This document shows positions 17,597-28,226 of a stretch of 64,000 nucleotides of DNA, piece by piece. Numbering within the stretch: the first letter of the stretch is position 1; every line of letters begins with the position of its first letter. The position numbers and the translations under genes were made by a program. The DNA lies in assembly GCA_943787795.1 (NCBI GenBank), contig CALSNU010000004.1, positions 192,001 to 256,000 of the forward strand, written 5' to 3'. Source of the stretch: an uncultured bacterium (GTDB lineage Bacteria; Planctomycetota; UBA1135; GCA-002686595). Under the pieces are notes generated by a model that did no database searches, was not told where the DNA came from, and saw only the letters and a list, made by a program, of their open reading frames with translations.

Positions 17597-19984
17597 TCAA
17601 CGCGGCGGGAGCGGGGCTGAGAGCTGCTCCAGGTCCCTGGGCGGCAGCAGCCGGGAGGGTGGCCAGGCCTCGCCTAGGAAGAGGTCGGCGAGCGGGTGCG
17701 AGCCCATCGTGGCCACGCGCCGCAGCTCCCCGGAGAACCGCTCTGCCAGGTCATCGCGCCGGACACGATCGAGGGCCATGCAAGCGGCCTCTGCGGCCCG
17801 CCTGAGGGCCGTTGACGTGCCAACAGCGCCGCGCGAACGACCCTCGAGCGCCTCCACGAGAGAGGCCTGCAGCGTCTCCAGGGCCAGGGCTCCGACGCCG
17901 GGGTCCCCCACCACCGATGCGAGATCCATCCAGGCCTCCTCGATGGCCTCGGGCCGGTCTCGCGGTCCATCGAGGGTCAACATCGCGTTGTCCAGCGCCA
18001 GGCGCTGCACCGCTGGCGACGCGAGGCCGGCCCGCAGCGAGACCACCCTCAGCGCCGTGAGCTCCGCCGCGGTCAGCTCCGGAGAGACCCTCGCCGCGAG
18101 CGATCCGAAGGCCTTCACGAGGTCCCCGCGGACCGTACGGGAGGCCAGCTCCACGGGTCCCGGCTGATCCTGCGCTCGCCGCTGGGCCTCGAGCTCGAGC
18201 GCGGCGCGGACCGTCGCGGTGATCCAGGTGGGACAGGGGCCGGCGAGGCCGTCCTGCTCCGACGCCAGCGCCGCCCAGACGAGCAGCTCCGCGACCGACT
18301 CCACCTCCGGGGCCGGGCCAGCGCCCCAGGTCCATGGGGCCGGCGGCCGGATTCCCGCGAGGCCGAGCTCGAGGCCCAGGCCCGAGACATCGCCGCCGGG
18401 CGACTCTCGGAGCAGCGCGCCCGGGTCCGGCAAGACGATGCGAGACGGGGCGCCGAGCGGGCGGAGGACCAGGAGGGCGCGCAGCGCCTGGCGGCGGGAG
18501 CGAGCATCAAGCTCGCCCTTGAGGACCCCGGCCGCCAAGGCGGCCGCCGCTCGATCGGGGACACCGAATCCTTCGAGGGCCACAAGCCGAGCCCAGCGTC
18601 CAGTGGGTGGAGCCTCCTCGAACCCGGCGGTGAACAGCGGAATCATGGGCTCTCCCGGAGGGGCCCCAGCGCCGCCCGCGGTGATGGGCGCCAGCGCCGC
18701 CAGCCCGCAGGCGAGATGAGCAGAGCGCCGATCCATGCTGGCGCTGGCCTCGGCGTAGACCGCCTCCGCCTCGGCCGCGCGGCCCTCTCCCCCAGCTCTA
18801 GAGATCGCGCGCTGGAGGGCGGCGACCTCCCTCGACTCGCGGTCGATGAAGGCGAGGACGGAGCGAACGGACGCTGCCCGCTGAAGGGAGGGCGCCACCC
18901 GACCCCGGGCGGCTGCGGCCATCAGCCCCTCGAGCGCCACCACGTCACCTGTGGAGTGCCACCAGTCCTCGAACCAATGCACCGCCGCCGCCCAATCCAG
19001 ACCCGCGAGGGCGCGGGCCGCCGCGCTCTGGCGGACCACGTTGCCCTCGCGCGCCGCGGTGACGCACCAGCGCTTGATGACGCTCCCACCGCTCGCGCGC
19101 AGATCACGCCCCACCGGCGCGCGCTCGGTGCTCCCTCGACCGACCACGTGAATCCACGCTCGCGCGGGCGCCTCGCTGTCCGCGTCTGCTGCGCCGAGTC
19201 GATCCCCTGGGTAACGGAAGCCCTGGACCTGGTACGCCGCCTCGTGCACCGTCGCGAGCCCCTCCAGGACGTCGGTCCAAGAGCCGTCCACGCGGAACGC
19301 TTCGAGCGGCGGAGATGGGCGGCGGACCATCCGCTCCACGACCTGCGGGTCGAGGATCACGGGCGCGGGACCGCCTCCGTGCAGATCCAGACGATCAAAG
19401 GCGCCCAGACCTCCGCCGGCATTGGGGTCCACGGCCACGCGGACGCCGGCCCGCTCCTCCCACGCTGAAGGGAAGCGCGTCGGCTGCCGAGAGACATCGA
19501 AGGACGCGACGGAGGGCTCGTCAAAGGCGCTGCAACTCCACCTGAACAGCTGCGCATCGATGGCCTGCCGCCCCACATCGGCAAACTCTGCGTTGCTGGC
19601 CACCGCGAGCTCCACGGCGTGGCGCAGGAGGCGGTCGTCCGCACCCAGAAGGAGCGCCAGCCGGCGCCGAACGCCCGGCGTCTTGCCCTCGAGCAGCGGG
19701 ACCAACGCCGCGCCAGACTCGATCTCGAGGAGGCGTCCAGCGAGCTCTTGCTGGGCAAGGTCGCGCACCTCCAGCTCATCTGCCCCGAGATCTGCGACCA
19801 GCTGGGAGAGGTCCTCCTGCCGAGCGCCCGGCCCGATCTCCGATAACATCCCGGCCGGCGCCCCAACGGGCGCCGCAGCGGGCGCCCCCGCAGACGATCC
19901 CGCAAACGATCCCGCAGGCGAGAGCGCGAGCGGGAGGGACGCGAGCGCGACGAGTGAGTGGGCACGGCGATAACGAGTCAGCAT
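17597..19984 (-). CDS. Large hypothetical secreted helical (HEAT-like) protein
   Basis: 795-aa ORF with signal-like N-terminus, GAGGA SD-like motif upstream, and LVADLGADELEVRDLAQQEL HEAT-like motif. Confidence 0.7.
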   Translation of the reverse strand: MLTRYRRAHSLVALASLPLALSPAGSFAGSSAGAPAAAPVGAPAGMLSEIGPGARQEDLSQLVADLGADELEVRDLAQQELAGRLLEIESGAALVPLLEGKTPGVRRRLALLLGADDRLLRHAVELAVASNAEFADVGRQAIDAQLFRWSCSAFDEPSVASFDVSRQPTRFPSAWEERAGVRVAVDPNAGGGLGAFDRLDLHGGGPAPVILDPQVVERMVRRPSPPLEAFRVDGSWTDVLEGLATVHEAAYQVQGFRYPGDRLGAADADSEAPARAWIHVVGRGSTERAPVGRDLRASGGSVIKRWCVTAAREGNVVRQSAAARALAGLDWAAAVHWFEDWWHSTGDVVALEGLMAAAARGRVAPSLQRAASVRSVLAFIDRESREVAALQRAISRAGGEGRAAEAEAVYAEASASMDRRSAHLACGLAALAPITAGGAGAPPGEPMIPLFTAGFEEAPPTGRWARLVALEGFGVPDRAAAALAAGVLKGELDARSRRQALRALLVLRPLGAPSRIVLPDPGALLRESPGGDVSGLGLELGLAGIRPPAPWTWGAGPAPEVESVAELLVWAALASEQDGLAGPCPTWITATVRAALELEAQRRAQDQPGPVELASRTVRGDLVKAFGSLAARVSPELTAAELTALRVVSLRAGLASPAVQRLALDNAMLTLDGPRDRPEAIEEAWMDLASVVGDPGVGALALETLQASLVEALEGRSRGAVGTSTALRRAAEAACMALDRVRRDDLAERFSGELRRVATMGSHPLADLFLGEAWPPSRLLPPRDLEQLSAPLPPR

Positions 19985-20036
19985 GGCGGTCCTCTATTGT
20001 CGCCTCCCGGCTCCTCAAGCTGCTACCCTCCGCCCC

Positions 20037-21389
20037 ATGTTCAGGAGCCTACTCGTCGCGAACCGCGGAGAGGTCGCCGTGCGCATTGCACGGGCCGCCC
20101 GCGACGCCGGAGTCCGCGTCGTCGGCATCGTGTCCTCGGCGGACCAGGGTGCATCCTGGACCGAGGAGTTTGACGAGGTCGTCTGCGTCGGCGGCCCCGC
20201 GCCGGCGGAGAGCTATCTTCGGATGTCCGCCATCGTCCAGGCCGCACGCCAGACGGGCTGCGCGGCGGTGCACCCCGGCTGGGGTTTCCTCGCCGAGAAC
20301 GCGCGATTCGCAGCCCTCTGCGAACAGAACGGGCTGACCTTCGTGGGCCCGGCCCCCTCCACCATGGAGCGCATGGGGCTCAAGTGGCCCAGCAAGGTTG
20401 CCATGAGGGCCGCAGGGCTCGACCTCACCCCGGGTAGCGACGGACTCCTCACAGACATCGAGGAGGCTGTTCGGGTCGCCGAGTCGGTGGGCTACCCCGT
20501 CATCCTGAAGGCTGACGCCGGCGGGGGCGGTCGCGGCATGCGGATCTGCAGGACCGACGCGGAGGTGCGCGAGGCCTTCCCCTCGGCGCGCGCTGAGGCC
20601 ACGGCGGCCTTCGGAAACGGCGCGCTCTTCCTGGAGAAGTTTGTCACCGGGGGCCGGCACATCGAGGTCCAGATCCTCGGTGATCGCTTCGGCCGCGCGG
20701 TCCACCTCTTCGAGCGTGACTGCTCGGTGCAGCGCAACCACCAGAAGCTCATTGAGGAGAGCCCCTCGCCCGCGCTCTCGCCCGAGGAGCGCGCCGAACT
20801 CGGCGCGCGCGCGGCCCAAGCCGCCGAGGCCATCGGCTACGTCGGCGCAGGCACCATCGAGTTCCTCGCGGCGCCGGACTCCGGTCGCTTGAGCTTCATG
20901 GAGATGAACACCCGTCTGCAGGTGGAGCACCCCGTGACCGAGATGGTCACGGGCATCGACATCGTCCGCGAGCAGCTCCGCATCGCCGCGGGCGGAGCCG
21001 TGGGCTTCACCCAGGACGGGGTCTCGCTGGAGGGCCACTCCATCGAGTGCCGCATCAATGCCGAGGACCCCTCCGACGGATTCCGCCCCACCCCCGGCAC
21101 GCTGGACGAGTTCTCGATCCCGCTCGACCTCGGGCCGGGGAGGGTCCGCGTGGACACCCACGTCTCCCAGGGAGCCGAGGTCCCGCCCTATTACGACTCC
21201 CTCATCGCGAAGGTGATCGTCCACGCCGCGGACCGCGCCCAGGCCATCGAGACCATGCAGCGGACCCTCGGCGGTGCACGCATCACCGGCGTCTCGACGA
21301 CCATTCCGCTGCACCTCGCGGTCCTCAGCAGCGACGAGTTCACGAGCGGCAATTACGACACCCGCTCCATCCCCGGCTGGCCCGCCTGA
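20037..21389 (+). CDS. accC: Biotin carboxylase subunit
   Basis: LVANRGEVA, HPGWGFLAEN, GGGGRGM, RHIEVQ, ERDCSVQR, EMNTRLQVEHPVTE, ECRINAED, PPYYDSLIAK. Confidence 0.95.
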   Translation: MFRSLLVANRGEVAVRIARAARDAGVRVVGIVSSADQGASWTEEFDEVVCVGGPAPAESYLRMSAIVQAARQTGCAAVHPGWGFLAENARFAALCEQNGLTFVGPAPSTMERMGLKWPSKVAMRAAGLDLTPGSDGLLTDIEEAVRVAESVGYPVILKADAGGGGRGMRICRTDAEVREAFPSARAEATAAFGNGALFLEKFVTGGRHIEVQILGDRFGRAVHLFERDCSVQRNHQKLIEESPSPALSPEERAELGARAAQAAEAIGYVGAGTIEFLAAPDSGRLSFMEMNTRLQVEHPVTEMVTGIDIVREQLRIAAGGAVGFTQDGVSLEGHSIECRINAEDPSDGFRPTPGTLDEFSIPLDLGPGRVRVDTHVSQGAEVPPYYDSLIAKVIVHAADRAQAIETMQRTLGGARITGVSTTIPLHLAVLSSDEFTSGNYDTRSIPGWPA

Positions 21390-21395
21390 TCGACG

Positions 21396-23123
21396 ATGGC
21401 ACACGTCCCCCTCACTCCCCTCGGGCGCCCCAGGGACGCCTTCCTCGACGAGTCCAGCTACCAGCGGCACCGCGAGGCCATGGCCGAGAAGAACGCGCTC
21501 CTCGAGGAGCGCCGGGCTGCGGTGAGCGGAGGCTGGGGCGAGAAGTACGTCCAGCGCGTTCACCAGAAGGGCAAGCTCACCGCTCGAGAGCGGGTCGAGG
21601 CCCTGCGCGACGAGGGATCAACGATCCGTGAGGTCGGCACCTTCGCCAACCACGGGGTGAAGTTCGGGAAGCTCGAGAGCCCCGCCGCCGGCGTCGTCAC
21701 AGCCTTCTGCCTGGTCGATGGCCGCTGGTGCATGGTGATCGCGAACGACAACACCGTCGCATCTGGCTCATGGTGGCCCAAGACGCCGGAGAAGATCGAG
21801 CGCGCGCAGGAGATGGCGCTGCGGCTCAGCATCCCCGTGATCTATCTCGTGGACTGCTCCGGGCTCTTCCTGCCCGAACAGTCCCGCTCCTTCCCGGGTC
21901 GGACTGGCGCGGGGCACATCTTCAAGAAGAACGCGGAGCTCGCCGCCGGCGGCGTCCCGCAGATCGCCGGGGTCTTCGGCGATTGCATCGCAGGTGGCGG
22001 CTACATGCCGATCATCTCCGACCGAGTGGTGATGACGGAGCAGGCCTACATGGTCATCGCAGGGGCAGCCCTCATCAAGGGCGCGAAGAGCCTGCACCTC
22101 TCCAGCCTCGACATCGGCGGCCCCGAGGTTCACGTCCACCAGTCTGGGTGCGCAGACCTCCGCGTGCCGGACGACTCGACCGCGCTCCAGGTGATCCGCG
22201 AGGAGGTCGGCAAGCTCGGAAGCAGCGCGGCGGACTACTATCGCCACGGCGCAGACGCGGGCCCCCCCCACTTCCCACCCCATGAGCTGGACGGCATCTT
22301 CCCGCCGGACCACCGCATGACCTACGACGCCCCCGAGGTCATCGCTCGCCTCGTGGACCGCAGCCTCTTCTGGGAGGTGCTCCCCGATAGGGGCCGTGAG
22401 ATGATCGTGGGCGTAGGCCGGGTGAACGGGCTGTACATGGGCTTCGTCGCCAACCGCCAAGGGCTCATCGATGACCCTGACGGGAGGGACGGCCAGAAGC
22501 CCGCCGGGATCCTCTACCGCGAGGGCATCGCCAAGGTCTCGGCCTTCAGCCGCGCGTGCGACGCGGATGGGATACCGATCGTGTGGCTCCAGGACATCTC
22601 TGGCTTTGACATCGGCGTGGAGGCCGAGCGGCAGGGGCTCCTCGGCTACGGCTCGTCGCTCATCTACACCAACAGCACCAACTCGGTGCCCATGTTCACG
22701 GTCCTGCTCCGCAAGGCGTCAGGCGCGGGTTACTACGCCATGGCGGGGCTCCCTTACGAGCCGGTCGTACAGCTCTCCACGCCGCTGACGCGCCAGTCCG
22801 TCATGGAGGGCCGGACGCTCGCCATCGCCGCCTTCAACACCAAGCTCGACGATGACTTCGAGATCCTCTCGGAGGACCCGGAGGAGCGGGCGGCCATCGA
22901 GCAGGGCATGCGCGAGACAGAGGCTCGTATCGAGGGCGACATGGACCCGTATCGCTCGGCCTCGCAGATGGACACCGACGAGATCGTGCAGACCAATGAG
23001 CTCCGGGGCTGGCTCGAGATGTTCGCAGAGGCCGCCTATCAGTCCAGCGGGACACGGCGCACGAAGAACCCCCGCATCTGGTCGCTCCACGACCTTGCGG
23101 CCCTCACGGAGGTGCGCGGATGA
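21396..23123 (+). CDS. Acyl-CoA carboxylase carboxyltransferase (beta) subunit, MccB/PccB-like
   Basis: [59 protein letters not shown]. Confidence 0.92.
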   Translation: MAHVPLTPLGRPRDAFLDESSYQRHREAMAEKNALLEERRAAVSGGWGEKYVQRVHQKGKLTARERVEALRDEGSTIREVGTFANHGVKFGKLESPAAGVVTAFCLVDGRWCMVIANDNTVASGSWWPKTPEKIERAQEMALRLSIPVIYLVDCSGLFLPEQSRSFPGRTGAGHIFKKNAELAAGGVPQIAGVFGDCIAGGGYMPIISDRVVMTEQAYMVIAGAALIKGAKSLHLSSLDIGGPEVHVHQSGCADLRVPDDSTALQVIREEVGKLGSSAADYYRHGADAGPPHFPPHELDGIFPPDHRMTYDAPEVIARLVDRSLFWEVLPDRGREMIVGVGRVNGLYMGFVANRQGLIDDPDGRDGQKPAGILYREGIAKVSAFSRACDADGIPIVWLQDISGFDIGVEAERQGLLGYGSSLIYTNSTNSVPMFTVLLRKASGAGYYAMAGLPYEPVVQLSTPLTRQSVMEGRTLAIAAFNTKLDDDFEILSEDPEERAAIEQGMRETEARIEGDMDPYRSASQMDTDEIVQTNELRGWLEMFAEAAYQSSGTRRTKNPRIWSLHDLAALTEVRG

Positions 23124-23701
23124 GAAGCGCGTCACACTCCCTGGACCTACGGATGACCCACGAGGACGGGCTCATCGTGCTCCGGGCTCCAGATGTGGGT
23201 TACTTCACCGCCCCCCTCGGCCGGGGCGCCGTGGTCGCGCCGGGCATGACCGCGGGCGCGCTCCAGCGCCTCGAGGGCACCGTCCAGCTCACCATCCCGC
23301 CGGGTGTCCGTGGCGCCGTGGTGACGGATCCGCCGGAGCGGGTCCTCTCAGCCGCCGGGTTCGGCGAGGCCCTCTATCGCATCGACCCCGCGGGCGCAGG
23401 CGAGGCCGCGGCCGAGTCAGATGCCCCCGAGGAAGCCGGCGCTGGCCTGGTCCTCGTCGCGGAGCAATCAGGCCGAGTCTGGCACCGGCCCGGTCCCGGA
23501 GAGGACCCCTTCTGTGCGCCCGGCTCGGTCCTGGAGGACGGAGCGGCCGTCTGCCTGGTAGAGGTCATGAAGACCTTCTCGACGGTGCCCTATCGCCCGG
23601 TCAAGGGGCTGCCCACCCGAGGCCGCGTGGTCCGCTGGATCGTCGGCGACGGCGCCGACGTCCAGAAAGGGGACCCGATCCTGGAGCTTGAGCAGGCCTG
23701 A
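23120..23701 (+). CDS. Biotin carboxyl carrier protein with an extra N-terminal biotinyl-like domain
   Basis: C-terminal EVMK biotinylation motif; start overlaps the upstream stop. Confidence 0.85.
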   Translation: MRSASHSLDLRMTHEDGLIVLRAPDVGYFTAPLGRGAVVAPGMTAGALQRLEGTVQLTIPPGVRGAVVTDPPERVLSAAGFGEALYRIDPAGAGEAAAESDAPEEAGAGLVLVAEQSGRVWHRPGPGEDPFCAPGSVLEDGAAVCLVEVMKTFSTVPYRPVKGLPTRGRVVRWIVGDGADVQKGDPILELEQA

Positions 23702-23835
23702 TTGGCCCCTCGTGCCCCTGAGCCGCCCTGGATGAACCATCACCGCCTGGCACGAGGCGTAGGGATAGACTTCGAGGGCCAAAGAACCACCGGGCGGGGA
23801 AGTCCGTCGCGCGGCCGGACGTACCACCAAGTGTC

Positions 23836-25251
23836 ATGAATCGCACCCTCCTCCTCATCGCTGCCGCCGTTCTGCTGGGCGGCGGGCTCATCGCGGTGGC
23901 GCTTGATCCTGGAGCGCAGCGGCACCAGGCCTCCGAGCCCCAGGTCAGCGCGACCGCTACGCCGGACCCTGAGCCCACCCCTGCGGCGCCAGCGGAGACC
24001 GACCTGGCCTCCGTGGCAACGGATCGGGAATTCAGCCCGGTCACGGATCAGGGCCCGACTCGATCATGGGAAGTGGTGGTCCTCAACGAGGTCGGCCAAC
24101 CCCTCCCCGAGGCCCAGATCCTCGCGACCCGGGTGGGCAGCGAGCTGGAGTCCACGGGCCGCGAGCGCTGGGAGGGCGTGGCCTCGGGGCCTTGGGACCT
24201 GAGGGTGGAGATGGAGGGCTTCCCGACCTGGCGGCGAGAGGTCATTCTCGAGTCCGGCAAGCGCGTCCGGACCGTCGCGAGGCTCGCCCAGGGCCTCCGG
24301 ATCACAGGCGCCGTCCAGGACGAGTTCAATCAACCCGTGAACGGCTTGCCGGTCTACTTCCTGCCCAAGGGGGTGGGGCACCCCTCGTCCCGTGACTTCG
24401 TGCGGGATGGCTCGGATCCCCGCGCTCAGCCCCGATCGAGAAGCGGTGTGGTGAGCGCAGAGCTCTTGGCTGGTGGGCGGATCAAGGCGAACCTGCCCGA
24501 GGCTGGTGAGTGGCGAGTCTCGGTTGGCCGCCCCGGCGACGCCCGCTGGACAGAGTCGGTCGCCCAGGAGCTCACTCACGGGGGACAAGAGAAGGTCGAC
24601 ATCACGATCCCGTCCCTCGGGCAAGTGCGCCTGGAGTTCTCCCAGGAGGGCGAGGAGCGTCCCCGCCAGGTCAGCGTCCACGTCTTCGACCCCGAGCACG
24701 CGGCGGCGGTCCTGAGGACTCGTCAGCAGGGCGGCACGGATCAGCAGATCTATGAGGAGAAGAACCCGGGCATGGGCCGTTCCGGGGACGGACGGGCCAC
24801 GGAAGAGGCACGGAAGCAGAGGCTGGCCAAGGAAGCCGAGATGGCTCGCTCGGGCGCCAAGGGCACAGTGAAGCCCATGAAGATGGAGATGAACAACTCC
24901 GTCAAGGAGGTGCGGGAGATGGCCGGCAAGGCACCGGGTCGCGCCCCGGCCTTTGAGCCGGGCTGGCGGATGATCAAGAGTGCGCGGCTCGATGCGAACG
25001 GGGTCGCCCAGCTGAAGGGCCTGCCCCTCGGGAAGCAGATGCGCTTCCTCTTCGTGCGCGGCAAGGAGCAGATCACCACGGCGAGCGGATTCCAGCTGCG
25101 CGACGCGGCCCCGCGGCTGGGTATCCCCTCCCTTCCTCCGCTCGCGACGACCCCGCCCACTGGACCGGACAGCCGGGCCTCGGTCGCCCTTCAACTGTCC
25201 CCGGTGGAGACCGGCCCCAAGAGAGAGCTCGGGGCCCGCTGGAAGCTCTGA
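23836..25251 (+). CDS. Hypothetical membrane-anchored protein with carboxypeptidase-regulatory-like domains
   Basis: N-terminal TM helix; VVLNEVGQPLPEA and ITGAVQDEFNQPV modules. Confidence 0.7.
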   Translation: MNRTLLLIAAAVLLGGGLIAVALDPGAQRHQASEPQVSATATPDPEPTPAAPAETDLASVATDREFSPVTDQGPTRSWEVVVLNEVGQPLPEAQILATRVGSELESTGRERWEGVASGPWDLRVEMEGFPTWRREVILESGKRVRTVARLAQGLRITGAVQDEFNQPVNGLPVYFLPKGVGHPSSRDFVRDGSDPRAQPRSRSGVVSAELLAGGRIKANLPEAGEWRVSVGRPGDARWTESVAQELTHGGQEKVDITIPSLGQVRLEFSQEGEERPRQVSVHVFDPEHAAAVLRTRQQGGTDQQIYEEKNPGMGRSGDGRATEEARKQRLAKEAEMARSGAKGTVKPMKMEMNNSVKEVREMAGKAPGRAPAFEPGWRMIKSARLDANGVAQLKGLPLGKQMRFLFVRGKEQITTASGFQLRDAAPRLGIPSLPPLATTPPTGPDSRASVALQLSPVETGPKRELGARWKL

Positions 25252-25348
25252 GACGCGCCCAGCCGCGGCTTGGACGGCGGCCTGTCGGCCAGAGACAGGT
25301 CTTGCGGTATGGGAAACGGGCGAGCCTCCCAGGGGTTAGGCTGCCCGT

Positions 25349-26083
25349 ATGAAGCGCAGCGAGAAGGCGGAGCGGATCCTGCTCCAACTCGAGGAGTTGT
25401 ATCCGGTCACCCCGATCCCGCTCGATCACGAGGACCCCTTCACCCTGCTGATCGCCGTCCTCCTCTCGGCTCAGACCACGGACCTGAGGGTCAACCTCGT
25501 CACGCCGGGCCTCTTCAAGAAGGCGAGCACTCCGGAGGCCATGGCTCGCCTTGAGGTCGAGGACATCCTCGACTCCATCAAGACCTGCGGACTCGCCCCC
25601 ACCAAGGCGAAGAACGTCCGCCGGTTGGCAGAAATCCTCGTGGAGCGCCACGGCGGAGAGGTCCCCGCTGATCTCGCTGCCCTCGAGGATCTCCCCGGCG
25701 TCGGACACAAGACCGCCAGCGTCGTCATGGCCCAGAGCTTCGGGATGCCGGCCTTCCCTGTGGACACCCACATCCACCGCCTCGCGGCGCGCTGGGGCCT
25801 CTCGAACGACACCTCCGTCGAGCGGACCGAGCGTGACCTGAAGGCGGTGTTCCCCGAGTCCACCTGGTCCAAGGTACACCTGCAGATCATCTTCTTCGGC
25901 CGCGAACATTGCCCGGCACGCTTCCACGACTTCGCGAGCTGCCCCATCTGCTCCTGGGCTTCGACGAAGAAGCGCGCGCTGGACGAGCGGCGCCGCGACG
26001 ACGCCGCCCGGCGGCGCCCTGTGAAGGGCCCGGCGAAGGGGCCGGCGAGCGGCAAGAGCTCGCCGAGACAGCAGGCTGGCTGA
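25349..26083 (+). CDS. nth: Endonuclease III
   Basis: LLIAVLLSAQTTD, HhH motif LPGVGHKTA, VDTHIHR; atypical C-terminal Cys motif. Confidence 0.95.
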   Translation: MKRSEKAERILLQLEELYPVTPIPLDHEDPFTLLIAVLLSAQTTDLRVNLVTPGLFKKASTPEAMARLEVEDILDSIKTCGLAPTKAKNVRRLAEILVERHGGEVPADLAALEDLPGVGHKTASVVMAQSFGMPAFPVDTHIHRLAARWGLSNDTSVERTERDLKAVFPESTWSKVHLQIIFFGREHCPARFHDFASCPICSWASTKKRALDERRRDDAARRRPVKGPAKGPASGKSSPRQQAG

Positions 26084-26898
26084 TGATGATGATGAACGAA
26101 TACGACGAACCGCCCCTGGATCCAGCACTGGAATCCGCCCTCGCCTCGCTGGAGGCTGGCGACCCCGAGCTGGCCCTCTCCCAGGCATCCCGCGCACCGG
26201 AGGGCGGCCTCCGCGCCCTGCTGGAGGTCCGCGCCTATCTGGACCTCGGCATGCTCGACCCCGCCTGCGAGCGCCTGGACGCCGCGAGAGCGATCCTGGG
26301 CGAGGACGACCTCGAGGTGGTCGAGCTCGATGGCGAGGTGGCCCTCGAACGCTGGGACCTGGCGGGCGCCGCCTCGGCCTTCGAGGCCATCGCCGCCGTC
26401 GAGCCAGACCCATGGATTCACGAGCGCCTCGCGTTGCTCGCGGACCACGCGGGCGACCACGATCGAGCCCACGCGCTCCTGGTCGAGGCCGCCGCGCTCG
26501 ACGGTGATCGACCGGCCCCGGTGCGGGTCGCCGCGGCGACCTTCGACCGTATCGTCGAGGACGCGCTCGGCTCGCTGGCCGCCCCCTTCGCCGACCGCGT
26601 GCGCAGGGTCCGGGTGGTGCGAGAGCCGGTCCCCTTCCGGGAACTCGTCGACCCCCGCGACCCCTCCGCCACCCCCCCTGACATCCTCGGCCTCTTCGTC
26701 GGCCCCACGATCCACGACCTGGCCGAGGACTTCCCGGCCCAGCTGCCGCCCTCGATCTACCTGTTCCAGCGCAACCTGGAGCGCATGGCGCGCGACGAGG
26801 AGCACCTCACCGAGGAGATCCGTGTCACGCTCTTCCACGAGATCGGGCACCTCCTAGGATTGGACGAGGATGGGGTCGCCGAGCTCGGCCTCGCCTGA
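26083..26898 (+). CDS. TPR-like plus minimal zincin (Zincin_1) metallopeptidase-family protein
   Basis: PDILGLFVG, IYLFQRNLE, TLFHEIGHLLG. The start is one of four ATGs in the TGATGATGATGATGA run. Confidence 0.85.
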   Translation: MMMMNEYDEPPLDPALESALASLEAGDPELALSQASRAPEGGLRALLEVRAYLDLGMLDPACERLDAARAILGEDDLEVVELDGEVALERWDLAGAASAFEAIAAVEPDPWIHERLALLADHAGDHDRAHALLVEAAALDGDRPAPVRVAAATFDRIVEDALGSLAAPFADRVRRVRVVREPVPFRELVDPRDPSATPPDILGLFVGPTIHDLAEDFPAQLPPSIYLFQRNLERMARDEEHLTEEIRVTLFHEIGHLLGLDEDGVAELGLA

Positions 26899-26911
26899 CC
26901 CCCACACACAC

Positions 26912-27238
26912 ATGGATCGCCCCACATTCTTGCGACTCGCAGACGACGTCATCCGGCGCGTCGAGGACTGGCTCGAGGACTTTGATCCCGACGAGGTCGA
27001 CTTCTCCACAGCGGACGGTGTGCTGAAGATCCAATTCGAGGGCGGTCCCACCTACGTCCTCAACCGTCAGACCGCGACCAATGAGATGTGGTACGCGGCG
27101 GGCGTGCGCGCCTGGCACTACGTGCTCGACCCTGAGAGCCAGTCCTGGCTCTGCGACAAGGACGGGCACGAGCTGTTCTCCATGATCTCGAGCACGGTCG
27201 CGGATTACCTTGGCCGCGCCATCTCGACCCCTATCTGA
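26912..27238 (+). CDS. cyaY: Iron donor protein CyaY (frataxin family)
   Basis: Acidic N-terminal helix, DGVLKIQF, YVLNRQ..EMWYA..AWHY. Confidence 0.9.
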   Translation: MDRPTFLRLADDVIRRVEDWLEDFDPDEVDFSTADGVLKIQFEGGPTYVLNRQTATNEMWYAAGVRAWHYVLDPESQSWLCDKDGHELFSMISSTVADYLGRAISTPI

Positions 27239-27245
27239 ACGGCAC

Positions 27246-28139
27246 ATGGCAAGCGATCCCCAGCACCTCGGCCTCCATCGACTGGAGGGATTCTTCTGGG
27301 TGGCTCGAACCGGCGGGTACGCGCGTGCCGCACGGGCCTTCCCGTACCCCATCACGCAGCCCGCCGTTCACCAGCAGGTGAAGAAGCTCGAGGATGAGCT
27401 GGCGGTGACGCTGTTCGAGCGTGTCGCCAAGGACCGTATGGCGCTCACTCCGGCAGGTCAGCGGCTCTTTGACTTCGTCCGCCCCTTCTTCGAGTCGCTG
27501 CCCTCCGTCATCCGCTCCGTGAGAGGAGGCGAGTTTGGCGGGACCCTCCGGGTGACCAGCTCCAGCCTGCTCCTGCGGCGGCTGATCCCCGCCTGGATCC
27601 AGCGGCTGCACGGCGACCACGCCTCGATTGACATTCACCTCGAGGAGACCGGCGATGACGCCATCGCCCTCCTCCGCCAGGGCACCGTGGACCTCGCGAT
27701 CGACCACTTCTACGAGATCCCAGATGACATCGCGACCATGAAGGTCGCGGCCCTCCAGGCCTTCGTCGTCCTCCCGCAGCAACACGCGCAGCCGGAAGAT
27801 GAGCCCGTGGACTTCTCGGCCCTCTCGGACCTCCCATTCGTGGCCTACTCGCAGCCGCGCGCCCGGGAGCTCCAGTACATGGCCCTTGGCCAGCACGACC
27901 TCTCACCGAGGTCCACCCTCTCGGGGTCGAGCGCAGAGACCATCCTCGGCTTCGTCGCAGCTGGCCTCGGCTGGTCCATCCTCCCCTGGCTCTCCGACGA
28001 CCAGCCAGGCACAGAGGCCGTCCAGTCCCGTCCTTTCCCCTCACCCAACGCGGAGCTCGAGATCGTTGCCGCGTGGCGCAAGGACTGCCCGGACAACCCG
28101 CTCCTCGACGCGATGCTTGAGGCAGCGCCCAAGGGCTGA
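27246..28139 (+). CDS. LysR family transcriptional regulator
   Basis: TQPAVHQQVKKLEDELAVTLFER...LTPAG HTH, followed by the substrate-binding domain (VAAGLGWSILP). Confidence 0.92.
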   Translation: MASDPQHLGLHRLEGFFWVARTGGYARAARAFPYPITQPAVHQQVKKLEDELAVTLFERVAKDRMALTPAGQRLFDFVRPFFESLPSVIRSVRGGEFGGTLRVTSSSLLLRRLIPAWIQRLHGDHASIDIHLEETGDDAIALLRQGTVDLAIDHFYEIPDDIATMKVAALQAFVVLPQQHAQPEDEPVDFSALSDLPFVAYSQPRARELQYMALGQHDLSPRSTLSGSSAETILGFVAAGLGWSILPWLSDDQPGTEAVQSRPFPSPNAELEIVAAWRKDCPDNPLLDAMLEAAPKG

Positions 28140-28226
28140 GCCCCACTTCGGGTGGCGACTTTGCGCGCGAGGATCCGGCCGCCTCTCGCTGCAGCTTCAA
28201 GCTCCCCCTTGGCTCGACCAGGCGGA

